This document shows positions 25,300-39,150 of a DNA stretch of 64,000 nt, in pieces. Origin of the DNA: Ptychomitrium polyphyllum (Eukaryota); assembly GCA_973851085.1 (NCBI GenBank), contig OZ316775.1:1736001-1800000 (forward strand), given 5' to 3'. Position 1 is the first letter of the stretch; each line of letters opens with the position of its first letter. The notes beneath the pieces were generated by a model, which was given only the letters and a program-made list of their open reading frames with translations, was not told where the DNA came from and made no database searches. Both the position numbers and the translations under genes were made by a program.

Positions 25300-28200
25300 T
25301 ACTGGCTCACCAAGCTCCGTCATAAACGACGACGTTGCCTTCCTTGCGACGCCCAAGCCACGGTCAAGAGGTCCATATCGAAAACCGTAGCTGCATTCTA
25401 AACCAACACCATCTACCATAGGGTTCATTTGCCTCATGTAATCTGCAAGGATAGTAGATTATGTGAAAATTATGTGTTGTGACGGTCACTTTATCTGAAA
25501 CCCATATTGTCTACTTGTTTTGCATGTTTTCTGAAGCGAGAACTAAGCCTACCGCAGATGATGTTGACGTTGGTTTAGGACACAGCGACGGTTTTAGATA
25601 TGCATGGCTTGAACTCAAAGACCATGCTTGCCTGATATGCTTCTCTGTGGTCACCTGGGGTGCGGAGAAGGATCTCAGCCATTAAAGAATTTCAGTTAAA
25701 AATTTCAAATTTTTTTGTAAAGCTTTACATTTCGTCCTACATGAGTTAGTTACCTATATGGCAACAATTATTGTAAGGAAATTTTCTCCCATCAGTCATT
25801 TTAAGAGTACTTTTTTAATGGAGACCTATGAGCTTCTCCACAAGAAAAAAAATTCCCATCTTGATTATTTTAATGTCTTTCCACTTTTTCTCATAAATTA
25901 TCCTTTATCTAAAATATCCATGTCTTCGGGTGAAACTTTTTGCTCCTCCCGTCTCCCATCATGAAGCAGGAGGTGTAAGGTGACCATAAGACCTGATAGC
26001 ATCACACTGTGTTCCCGTGATCAATTCTGAGAAATTTGTATTAGTAAACCCTTAGCACAAGTGCAGGTGGGTTCAGCTTAATTTTGGATGAGTTCTGTTC
26101 TCTTTCTTATCGAATTTTGATCTTCATCGTTTTGAGATTCTCCTTTTCGTCAACAGAGTCGGATGATTATGGGTTGTAGTCTCCTGGTTATGAGCCAATG
26201 AGGTCGCTTCCCCTGCTTGCAGTGAAGTTTATGTTGGTGTAGAATCAGATACTTGTGCTGTAACTTGAATGTAGCAATTTATTACATTCCAAAAGTAGTG
26301 CTATGGTGGCCCGTCATTTAGAAGTCCTTGCCAAGAATTATTTCTAAAATGGAATTAGAACTTATTAAACCAAAACTTTGATAGCAATTTGATATCAGCT
26401 AGCAATGTGAAGCAATTGCACTTGGTAATGAAAGAGTGAATATAACTTTATAGTAAAGGAAGAAAGAATTGTATTTTAATAGTGATTTGTTTAGTATAGC
26501 CAAAAGGTTACTCCTATATTGATTCAAGAATATTACGTACATTCAAGTTTGTTCCTTATTGGATTTTGTCTTCTACTAAATCTTAGGAAATGAGAAAATA
26601 TTGAACAAAAGAATGACATTGTATCACTATTATAAATGATGGTTGTTTTTTGTAAGTTTTAAGGTTTAAGAATGCCTTATAGACAACATGCATAATTATG
26701 AATTAAGAAACTTAATTATCTAAAACAACATCATTTCTAATTTCTATAGAGTTTGAATATCAAAGCTTCAAGTCATTTTTGAACAGACATGTATCACAAG
26801 CTTTTAAAAGTTCAAAAAATATTCATACATTCAAACAATACGTTTTTAAAGTGTGTTGGAATCTACTTTTTGCTGATTATTAAAGAAATTATTTTTCCTT
26901 ACATCAATTCAAAATGTGGTTACTACAACCTTTTTAAAAACTGGATTAGATATAATTACTCACATGGAGCATTCAATAAAATGAGTTCTAATAACAAGTG
27001 CTAAGATCGTAGTATAGAAAATATTTACTTGACAACATTTTGATATTGAAAAACATTAAACACTCAAGAATGAATGTCATCTCTTTATTCTACAATGTCA
27101 AAGATTTTTTAATCCTCTATTATACATACATACATATGCACACACATTTATGGTCTTAAAAGATGCATTTAAAAACTCATCAATTATTTTATTTTTAAAA
27201 CAATTCACTTCATCTTGAAAGCTTTGAAAAAAGACTTTTTGATTACTCATAGTCACAATTCTTGACTATGGCTTGTAACTATCAAAACGACTTATTTCTC
27301 TTTGTCACAGCTATAAAGAGGCTATGAAGAGGCCTTTGTGAATACGTGCAAAACTAAATATAGTTTTTACTTACAATTTGTGTATGCTTCATCTGAGCGG
27401 CGCCTTTGAGGATTCTAGTCAACAGGTGTGGTATGAAGGGGATCACAGCAAAGGAAATGCCTCCACAGTTTATTCCAAATATTAAATAAATGTGGTTGAA
27501 GAATACTGCTATTTGAGATTGCTACCCACGCATACTGTACTAGGAGATAAAAGTTCATCAATATTAGTGCAACAAGGGCAACACGTGCTACTGATGACCT
27601 AATTCTACAAGCCTTTTGCAATGGAGCATTGTAATGTAATATTCTTCGGAATGTTCGTCCAAACAAATAAGACAAGATTGGGAAATGTAAGATTGTATTA
27701 CTATACAGCAACAAGCTTGATTCTAGATTTGGCTCATTTTCATTTGAAAAATCATACCGTGGATATCAGTGAACAAAACTCTTTACTGCAAAAAACGTAA
27801 GTTATGGAATATACTAAAATTATCTTGCATTATATGACTTAATGGTTCTAAAATGGTTAGTTTTCAAGGCACTGTGACATTTACAATAGGCTTGATGGCC
27901 TTATAAGAGTGAGTTTCACCATATACTTGCAAGTTGACACTCAATTTCATGTATTTTTTGTACTTTTCAAATGATTAATGATTAATTATATTGAAGATTT
28001 CTAAAAAGATTGAAAGTAAAAGCTATTGTGATTTGGAAGCAAATGTAATAGTGGTTTGGAAGTAAATGGATTACAAAGCTAATTGTCTCATTAACTTGAT
28101 CTTGCATACTCTCTTTGGATGCCACTGAAAAAGCTTATATGTACATTTCTTCAAGCTACAATTACGTCCAATTGTCTTGGTATGATACTATATGCCATAC

Positions 28201-30568
28201 AAGACATATCTCTAGTGATATTATATTACTAAGCATACATATGTTTCAATATTATATAAATTTCTTAAAAAAATTAAAATCATGGATTTGAGGTTTTTGA
28301 CATGATTGAAGGATGGAACTTCAATTACCAATTTATACAATCTAGATGTCCAATACAAGGCATTGTTGCTTTGTTTTTGCCACATAATTGAACTATTCTA
28401 AAAGTTGATTTTTTCCTTATAATAGGACTATTTCTGAAATTTTGAAATACTCTAATATTGATTCTTCTTGAATAAAATTGTTATATGAAGTTTTTTTTTT
28501 TAGCTATTAAAGTAATATGGTTTAAGCATTTGCTCTTATCACATGCCATGTTCATAGTAAAAATACATAGGTAAAAATGATATATACTTTATTTGCTTTT
28601 GATGATAAGATATTATATTAAATATGATAAATAATTATAATGCATATATAGTCTTCTTTAAAAACCTGTAGATCATTATTTAGAATTAAACTCATTTTAT
28701 TTAGATTATATTTTATACAATAGCATTAATTTGATTTTTTTTTAAAATCATTAAGCACCTTATTATTAAAACCATAACTAGTTCAATACACAATAATATC
28801 ATGTATCAATTTACTCTACATCTTAAATCATATTGTAATTTTTATCTTCTATAAAAAAAAAAACCTATTAATAATTTTGTGATTTAAATGATATTTGAGT
28901 ATATTAATAACATCAATAAAAATCTAAAATATAAAGAAATTCAAATATATAATATAAAAAATGTATATGCATTATTAAGAAAGTTTTTTTTATAAAAAAA
29001 AATTATGTGTTTTTAATATATTTCTTTAATTAGTAATTGATCTCCACTTTTTGAGTTCTTCATTACTATTATGTATACCAATAAAGAAATGCAAAACTAT
29101 TTTTTTGAAAAACTTTAATATCCACATTTCAAAATATACGTCAAATAATAATTTCTTTATAAATCCAAAGCCACCAATATAAAGGCTCTATAAAATTAGT
29201 AGAATGCATTTCAACTTGTTATCTTGTTAAATTATTTTTCAAATAAAGTAGTTTATTCCTTTCAATATTTGTACAAATCTTTTTAATTTAAAACGCTTAG
29301 TTCTAATTTATATTTAAATTTTAAAAAGGTGCAATTAGACTTTAAAAATAGTGCATATTTTTGTGATTTCTCTTTATATGTAGTAGGAGCTAAATGAACA
29401 TTGTACCAAAAACATTTTTTTTGAAAATATAACTTAGATAAATTTATTAAAATGGCAGTTGGTTGTAGTTTTTTTTAATGAATTTCTTTGCTTATTCTAA
29501 TAAAACATATGCTTCCATTCAAAATGATGCATACGTAAAAGAATGAATGTTATAATACAACTTTTACTCCAAAGTTGATAAAAAATTTAAACTTTATAAA
29601 ATAAAAATGTAGATAAATTTGGTTCTATTCCAATAAAATACAAGTTTTTTTTCAAAAAATATTCACATTTAAAACATAAAAATCAGCTTTTCACAATCTT
29701 TCTAATTAAAATTTGTTTGATGAAAGAATACTTCCAAATTAAAAGTTGAATCAAAGAGTGGTGCAACAAAGGAAGTTCTTCTTTGCTAGTAGAAAAAATG
29801 TAATTTAGAATGGTTAATAACAAACAAAAGTGCAATATGCTTGGAGTGGCAAAAATTGCAGCAAGTGGGAAGAGGTTGACTAGTTTTCATTTACAAAAGT
29901 GAATTTCTCCACACGAGAAGCATGCTCAAACCAAATCAAGTTTCTCCCCTATCCCCTAAATCTCTAGAAATACAAATTATATCAAATCTGGAGCATCACT
30001 GCTGTGTAGGCAAACAATGAGCTTTACTGCATTAAAACACCACTTTTCTAGCACATCTTTTTATATTATAAATCATGAGTTAGCTGGACCAGGAATTTGA
30101 GGGTTTGGGATAACTTGCACTACCTTTTATAACTTATGTCAACATTGACTACTGGATTTGCATGACAGTCCTGGTAAAAGATCAATTTCATGCAAATCAT
30201 GAATTTCAAGTCTAAAAAGCTGGCGCTGCTTTATTAAAGAGGGGAGTTTGATTGTCGTGTTTGTGACTACATGTTAAATCTCCCAAATTGTGAGTGTGAT
30301 GGAGGTGTTGAAAGTTATCGACAAGAAGAAATGCACATCCTTGTAGTTTCACAAATTCTAGGAACATTATGTGGCATGATCTAAACTTCAAAGTTCCTTT
30401 GTACACAACATGTTTATCATGTTCTTGAAGAATTTGCAATTTCCATGTAAGTCTTAGGAATTAAAAATTTATTAAAATAACACATACCACTTTTCCTCAT
30501 AACACTGAAAATAATTTAATAGCAATCCTGCTATGTCAAACTTTGCTGGAGCTAAACTACTATTGTTT

Positions 30569-30664
30569 CAGCGCATGGGAGGACACTTTGGACCAGCGCA
30601 TGGGAGGACACTTTGGACCAGCGCATGGGAGGACACTTTGGACCAGCACATGGGAGGACACTTT
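30569..30664. repeat. 25-bp minisatellite, about 4 copies
   Basis: cagcgcatgggaggacactttggac starts at 30569, 30594 and 30619, with a variant truncated copy at 30644. Confidence 0.92.
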
Positions 30665-33600
30665 GACACACTTTGGACCTTGGGCAACGTGGATGTATCC
30701 AAATTCTATGATCCAGACAACAGATTGTCACATGAAAAACGACCAAGGAATTTTAATCTGAGTTATAATCATCCAATCACTGGAACTGTATCAGAAGAAG
30801 ATCCAATCTAAAGAGTCCGGGATTCTCATGTAATACACCGCGTACTGTGGTAGTACATTCTTACAAGAAGGTTGATGATATTTGGGGCAACCTTGCGCCC
30901 ATGGAAGAAACCAACCATGCACATTATTACTGTAGTCCGGTTGTTCTACTACATTCATAGTCTCCAAAGGACCAGACACCAAGTGATAAGTGTAAGCTTC
31001 ACCCTACACAGGCTATCATTACTCCTCCTCCATAGAATGATCAATAACATGGTACTATTAGATTTTAGCACAGCCATAAGTATCACATTGTGAGGCCCAT
31101 TATCTATCTGCATGTCTTTGGCATACAATTGGGAATCTTATATTTGCAAGTAAATGTTTGTAGGGTCAAAACTTTGTTGAGTAAGGTTGTAACATTACAG
31201 TTTTGTAATAAATAATAGGAATGCTGTTCACATTCAAAGTGGCTAATACTACATCAAAGAGGACCTGCAAAAGTACACTGTGATTTCAATGCTCTAGATA
31301 ATAGTTGAACCAACCTTTGACTTTACAGACTTCGGATTATATGATTTTCTTGGTAAAACGGCAAAGAGTCTCCCATATTCTGATCTTTGTACAACAGTTA
31401 TTTACATGCACTAATAGCTAATTAAAAAAATCATGAGGATAAAATCCATAGTTTTGATATGTTATGTTGGAGACCGACTTTGTTGAGAGGGGATGCGTTT
31501 GTACTCTCGGTATGGTCATCTAAACAATAAAATGATTGAGTTTGTTTAATTTGGACTTATTCAAAGAGTGATATAATTGATTCCGACTTTTTAAATGTGT
31601 TAATTTGATTAAAAAAATTCTGATGATTAATAGTTATTTGATTATTTTCAAAATTTTAATTCAAAGAATAATATGCTAGGTTACTTTTAGATTTCATATT
31701 TGTATATGATTTAGTTGAATATTAACAACATTTGCTATTATTTGAATTTCCATATTTCATCCATAGTCCTCTTTTCTAAAGTGAATCTTAGATATGCATT
31801 TTCTGAACATTTTTCAATCAATATATCTTTATGATCTTCTTCAAAATGGTACTTGTCTTTATCCATCACATGCCAATACTAAAAAAGATTAAGTCTGAAC
31901 TTAATCAACATTTTTTTTCCTAAAATCTTCAAAACAAATTTATATGCATTTTGAAGATTCAATCAGTTTCCATTACATCTTTTTCTGCAATGTACAATTT
32001 GTGTTGAATTTTTGTAGAAACCTCATAATTTTTGTTTTTCTTTAAAACCAATAGTTATAATATCTTAAGATTTTAAGCAAAATTTAATCTCAATAATATT
32101 TTTAAATAACCTTTAAAATACCACTATCCATGCATGGAGAAGAACTATCATAATGATTGTTTTTAGTAATATGTCATCTGTTTTTGAATGTCCAAACCAG
32201 CCAAAACAAGTATCTTGCCAATTTTAAAATTTTAAAATTTTAAAATTGTTTTATGCCAAAGTCGTCGTACAAGTAAAACTTTCTTACTTCACATATAACA
32301 TCTATTAGCCCTTCAAGATGTAAAGGTTTGTAATGGCCATTAGACCACTATGCAATTTAACACATATACTTAAACCATATTATATACTACATATAAAAAT
32401 CTACCATCTTTTATTTTGTGCACTTATATTAAAGTAATGTATTACTTATAAACAAAATAGAACTTTGAAAGTTGAAAGTTGCATAAGTATTATCACACTT
32501 CTTATTTTTTTTTTAAATAACAAAATTAATTAGAAATAATTGAATTAGTCAAAAAATCATATTCTTTTATAGAAGTTTTATTTAGATTTTAATTCCAATA
32601 TGACTTTTAGATAACTAATACTGAACAAATATGAAGGAATTTTAAACAAGAAATGAATGATCAATCTTTTGAAGAATTTGAACATTAAATAATAGGTTAC
32701 ATATTCAAATGTTAGTTGTGGTAGCAAGATATTTGTGGCCAATGGAGAATTCACAGCTTAAAAAGGATTTACTTGCTTCTATTGATATTATTAAATCCTT
32801 AGCAATCAAAAGAAGAATTGAAATCATGTTCTTTCAATAATATTTTCTATCATTAATAGTTAATTGGAGTTAAAGGTATTTTTTATTAGAAATAAACTTC
32901 AATAGAACCTTTAAAGTTGCCTTAAATTCCAATGACTCCTTCAAACCTAAAATTTGTCCACAATGGCATTTGAACAAGTATGAATGCTATTTGAAAATAG
33001 ACAATTCCTTTTTTTTCCCAAGTTTACTATGGACATTGTTATCTATACATCCATTTCACATTCAACACGTCAAAAGAGTGTAATTTCTTAAATAGTGTTG
33101 ATTACTTACAACTATGTCCACTTATATAGAATCATTTGCATCTATTTGTAAGTATATTGACAACAATATCATTATACAATTATGTTGTAATTTCTATAAT
33201 GAATGCTAATTTTTTTAAATTGGTATAATAAACTAGACGTAAGAACAAAACTAGTATTATATGCATACCATACTCCTCAAACATCTCAATTTTCCTTGAT
33301 TTCTAGTGAGTAATTCATCTCCATACATGAATTCCAACGCACATGTTAATTGAAGTAGATGCTCTTCTAGGAATCCATACTCTTCTAAAGTTCAAGATTG
33401 AGATTGTAATTTAGGTTTCCTAACTATTAGGTACGTAGATGATGTTGTAAATTTTCCATTCTCACCTTCAATTTTGTTAATTTTATTGCTCTCTCTCAAC
33501 CATTGTTTCTTGTCTTCCCTTCACTCAATAAGATATGGCTCTTTACACCTATGCACTTCTTGACTTAGAGAAGGAAAGAGTGACAAAGGTGATGGATATG

Positions 33601-36600
33601 GCATATTGTATGTCAAGCCAAGGCCCGCATAATTTGTGCAATATGATATCTTTTTAAGCATGCCCTTTCTCATAAATACCAACTTTCCTAAGGATAATTT
33701 CACGTGCATGAAGACCAAATCCATGAAAAGCAACAAACCCTGGCTGGCCATAAGAGGTGACCACATGAGACCAGCAGAGTGTTCAAGGTTAAAATGGCCG
33801 CACCCTTGGCTCATATTGTTTTTGTAGTCTTTTCGAACCACAAAGTAATTTTCTCCAAATTTGACCTGAGTTGCCACTCCTTGCCGATAACATTTGGGAT
33901 AACTCTCTGCTGTGTAGTCCAAGGCAGGGATAGTTGTCAGTGGCTCCATCGCCCCACTCCTTTGTCGGCTCTGACCCTATTGTCCTTCAATCCTCCAACC
34001 AGAGAAATGAGATAATCAGAATGTGGATGACAGAGCACAGGTCGCCTCCGCAACAGTGACTAGAAGCGGATGAAAACACCGCAAAGAGAACGAAGGAAGC
34101 CGTCAATTGGAAACTGGAAATCGGAAAGTGGAGAGAGTCACGCCAGCCTGAGGCGAGGTACGTCCGACCGGCAGTCGTAACGGCATGGTTTGGACTGTTA
34201 CCTCGTCTGTACATCTCAGACATGCAAATATCTTTCATCCATTATTATCCATCCATCAATGTTCTCCTCCAGCAGAAGGGCCTCACGTGCCAAAGGAGTG
34301 GGTGCGGACTGCGGTGAAGGTGTTCCCATTTCGGCCATTTCCAGAGAGCCAGAGAAGTCAAATCAGGAGAACAATATTAAATGCCTCTGTACGCAGCCCA
34401 TCATCACCATTTTGTACCCTCTGCCCACTCCCTTTGGATGCCTTCCCTCAAATATTCGGGCAGGTTAAAATTATGAGCTATATACCACAGTAGTATGAAG
34501 AAATCACCGAGTATAGGCCTGTGGGTTTCCAAATACGTGGTCCGGTTCTCTGTACCGAGGCCTTCAAGCTTACTGTAGCTGTTATAAATGTTTTGTGTGA
34601 CTTAACCAGTTTAAATCCTCGAGCCATATTCTGCCCAGGATGCATCCAGCCGAATGCACAGGTAGTTTCAAGGTAACTCTCGTATGTAAAAGAGAGCTCA
34701 GTTTACATTGTTTCTTTTATGATAAAGAAAGGAAATTCATGAGAAAATAATGTTATATAATCTCTTTGTATTACTTGGTCATGGTAATTTTAGCATTATG
34801 ACCTTGCATCATGATAAACAACACCAAAAGAATACTCTTTTTTTTCTTCAAATGCTAAACTTTGTTTAACATTGTGCATAGTAGAATATTTAGTCCAAAC
34901 CTTGTAATGTGGTTGTGGTTGGGATAATTTAATTTGTGACCTAATTTTATCAAAAAATTACACTCCAAAATTGCAATTTCTAGAGCAAAGAGCAAAAATA
35001 AAAAACAACTACTTTTCTTACCACTTTCAATTGTAGAATTTTCAACTACAATGTGTGGATTTATTTATAAGAAAGTTTACTATGAAAAGTGGAAGCTTAA
35101 GCAATTGGATCAAAAAAGTTTTATTTTCTTGCATTCTATTAACAAGGTCCACAAATTTAGAGCCCTCTTGTAGTAAATTTTTTGCTCTATAGAGTTTTAT
35201 TTCATTTTTACAACTTCAAAACATATATTATTAAATATTTGTATACCAAATCTTAAATGTAGTAGGAAGTGTGGCACAATTTTATGAGCTATTCAATGAG
35301 TAGGAGAAATTATTATAAATATAATAGCTTTTGCATTTAACGACATGTGAAATACATACATACATATATGTGCATAAATAAATATGTGTATATTCCCATA
35401 AAACTAATGCATTCTAATATTTTTAAAATATATTTGAAAATTTACCTTCAAAATAGATATAATAGGAATGTGCTCAAAATTCTAAAATCCTTTTTTATAT
35501 ATAGTAACTTTTAGGAAACAATATAATGAAATGTAAGTAGAAAGTCACCTTAAATGAATGGTCTATTTATTGGAAAGAAGACATCAACTTCAAATTTTGT
35601 TAGAATAATAAGTCTTGGTAGTGGTACAAAGTCATATAGTTAAAAAAATTTATAATGCAATTCTTGATATAATGTATGTATTAATTGCTACATATACAAA
35701 ATGAAATTTGTTATATGCACATATGTATAAATAATTATAAACATACGTGCATATATCTATGAATTTTCTTTTAGACATCCTTGTAATAATTAAGCTTAAC
35801 TTATAATCCATTGAACTTTTTTCTTAGTTCTTTGGAATGGAATTTTGTATAGATTAGTAAAAGATTGACCATTTGTCAAAAAAAAATTATGTTTTACATT
35901 CCTATTTTATGCCATGTGGACATAAAACAAAGGTGTAGAAAAACAAACGCCTCATTTAAATCAACCTCTTTGGAATTATTATCTTTTTATATGCAACTTA
36001 TAATATAAGGTTTTCATATAAACTAGCATAATAAAAAAAAAAAAGTTTTTTGGCCCCAAGAACCATGAAATTGGCACTTATTCCATTATTCATCAACTAA
36101 AATATAATTTATATTTATTTCTAAATGACTAAATTTCCAATTAAAATGTATTCCAATTGCATGATTATTAAACAATCACATTTAGCTACTCAGCCATTAA
36201 ACCTTGCAGTCTTGCCATTTGAGATAACAAAGGAATCACATGTGACCCATAATTTTTTCACTTGTATATAATTACATTGTCAAAATGTTACAAGTCATTT
36301 TTAAATAATAAACCACATTTGACCTATATATATATTCTCAAAATGTTCTATCAATCAATCAAGAAGCAAACATTATATTTTTGAATAAAAATAAGATTGA
36401 ATTTGCTAATAACTTTGATATGTTGTAGCATGGGATGTAGTTTGTGACTTTATTATCTCATTTTTATATACTTAAATTATATAAGAAACTTGGGTCAAAA
36501 TTATAAATATAATAACTAACAAGTGGGATCTTTTAACAATTAAATTAAATTGTGAAGCATGTATGCTTGAACAACACCTTATTTTCTTTCAACAAACTTT

Positions 36601-38820
36601 TGTAAGGTGCAATGAGGACATCATTATAGACCAATTCAAAGTTATTGGATTTGTTTATATCAAGTCCATATACAAAAGACAAACTTAGGCCCTACAATGC
36701 TTGCATATTCACATTTTTTAATATTTTAAGTGATTTTGCAATAAATGAATTTCAAGCACTATGGATAAAGTACTCTAAACTCTTCAAATAAAACTATACC
36801 AATAAGGTCAATGCAATTGGTTTTCTATTTAGTGAAGAAGAAAGAAAATTGTAAGAATTTTGTATTAGATGAAACCTTATTATTTGAAAAAACCATTGAT
36901 ATCTTCAAAGTTGTATTTTATGTGTTTTTTCCTATAGATGCCTCTTACAAATTTTTGATGATTAATGACTTTTAAATTAATTGAAAAAGTTTAATGTGTT
37001 TTCAATATTTATGATTGTTAAAATGGTTTCTACTTATTATATCTTACATCCTTTAATTTGATAAAATTTTCATTAGAATTGTAAAAGTCATATATAATGG
37101 TACATCTAAAATTTGCCAAATACATTCACTCTTTTAAGAATTATTGAAATTTGTAAATTCTAATGAAGTAAGATGTAATCTAAGACAAAAATAAGATTGG
37201 AACATTGAAAGTTGCTACATCCAAAAAACTTGATACTTCCAAAGAATTATCTTTAATACAATTTGCATTATTGAAGTATTTTGTCAAAGATCATATATCT
37301 TAAATTGATAATTTTTCTTTGGCTATTTTTGTGATTGTTATCTAATATGATTAAATTTATAACTATAAATGTAGCTTCAGTTCATATGGTTTATTTGGCT
37401 AGTGTAATTGATATAAAAATGAAGTTCTTGTAAATTACAAAACAATATCTTGATTCATCAATAAATTACAATTAAGAAGTTGTTATGTGAAATAAGCTAC
37501 ATTTATTTAGCCTTCCAACAACCAAAAGGATGTCACAAAGTCAATAGAAAAACGTCTCTATTTTCAAGTTAAATCTTTTGCCTAGAGACAATGATAGATT
37601 GCACATAAGAATAGCATCAAAGACAAATTATTATAAATTCACCATGATTGCATTTCTACTGCTCCATGTTCAAATATCCTATTGTATGCCATAATTGCAA
37701 AGATTCATGATGTTTGTTTAACTCATTGTTTTTTTCAAAAACAAAATAAAATCTCATTTCAAGATTCAATAGAATAATTTTGTTCAAGTGAAAAGAATTT
37801 AGGACATTGGCTCATTATAAAAATTTAAGATACTTATTTTGCTTTATATGACGTAAAAAAATGAAACGAGACTATTTAAGACTTATAATAATCTGCATAT
37901 CAAAATTTATCAAAAATAGCACATATATTTCCATTTCATAATCTACCAAATGAGCCCCTATGACTAATTGTAAGAATTTTGCAACATAGATCTTAGGTTT
38001 TCTTATTATATCTTATCAATATGCCAATGTAACATAGTCATATGAAAACCAAATTTTATTCATTAAAATAGATGAAGTTTGGATGGGTTCATTTTGCTCC
38101 ATAATCTCAACAAACCATACATAGTATAAAAGAAAAGCAATATCACATTCATAGTTTATGGGTTTCCAAGTCCCTATGCCTACAGATATTCCATGACACT
38201 ATCTCGTGACTGTATAAATATTTAAAAACCAATGTGATAAATCTCAAACAGTTATTACAATAAGTGTCACACCAAATAAAAATCGTCCATAAAACAGGTG
38301 TTTATACAAATGATGAACAAACTATTCTTACTGTGAGACTCCAAAGAGAGATTCTTAAAAGTCTTAAAAGTCCACTTACCACAGCAGGAATGTCATGAGG
38401 CATTTCCTTCAGTAAAAAACTTGTGGCCAAATCCTAGCTATTCTAGTGGAAATGAATGTACAAGAGGACAATGATGGAGAATTGACAGACGAGCCAAAAA
38501 GAACACAAAGAAGGGAAACAGAGCACATGGCAGCCTCCAAGTCATGGGACATCATACAGGCCTTGCAATTGGCTTCCACAGAATCCCCATCATTACCTCC
38601 CTCCGTTTCCTTTTATTTATATTCCGGCAAATCATACCATCCCCAGATGGAAGCTACCCAATCAGCTGCTGCCATCCATTGCCGCCTTCTTTGATTTCAT
38701 TTGTGATGCCATTTTCTTTTCTTTCTCTTTAATATCTACACAAACCATACCCAAATCACACCTATACTTTTGTGGTGGTTTGCACCCCCTGTGTGGTTAG
38801 ATTTAGCAAAATCAAGCTCC

Positions 38821-39150
38821 GCTTTGCTTTGCTTTGCTTTGCTTTGCTTTGCTTTGCTTTGCTTTGCTTTGCTTTGCTTTGCTTTGCTTTGCTTTGCTTT
38901 GCTTTGCTTTGCTTTGCTTTGCTTTGCTTTGCTTTGCTTTGCTTTGCTTTGCTTTGCTTTGCTTTGCTTTGCTTTGCTTTGCTTTGCTTTGCTTTGCTTT
39001 GCTTTGCTTTGCTTTGCTTTGCTTTGCTTTGCTTTGCTTTGCTTTGCTTTGCTTTGCTTTGCTTTGCTTTGCTTTGCTTTGCTTTGCTTTGCTTTGCTTT
39101 GCTTTGCTTTGCTTTGCTTTGCTTTGCTTTGCTTTGCTTTGCTTTGCTTT
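38821..39150. repeat. Perfect pentanucleotide microsatellite (GCTTT)66
   Basis: 330 bp of uninterrupted GCTTT; it generates the artefactual LLCFA and KQSKA ORFs. Confidence 0.98.

Noticed and set aside
30569..30678. 25-bp repeats as a CRISPR-like array
   Set aside because: The repeats are head-to-tail with no unique spacers, no cas genes are present, and the context is eukaryotic.
31450..37900. AT-rich tracts as Helitron, hAT or giant-virus remnants
   Set aside because: I could not recover any diagnostic motif, terminal repeat or target-site duplication by eye; a profile search would be needed.
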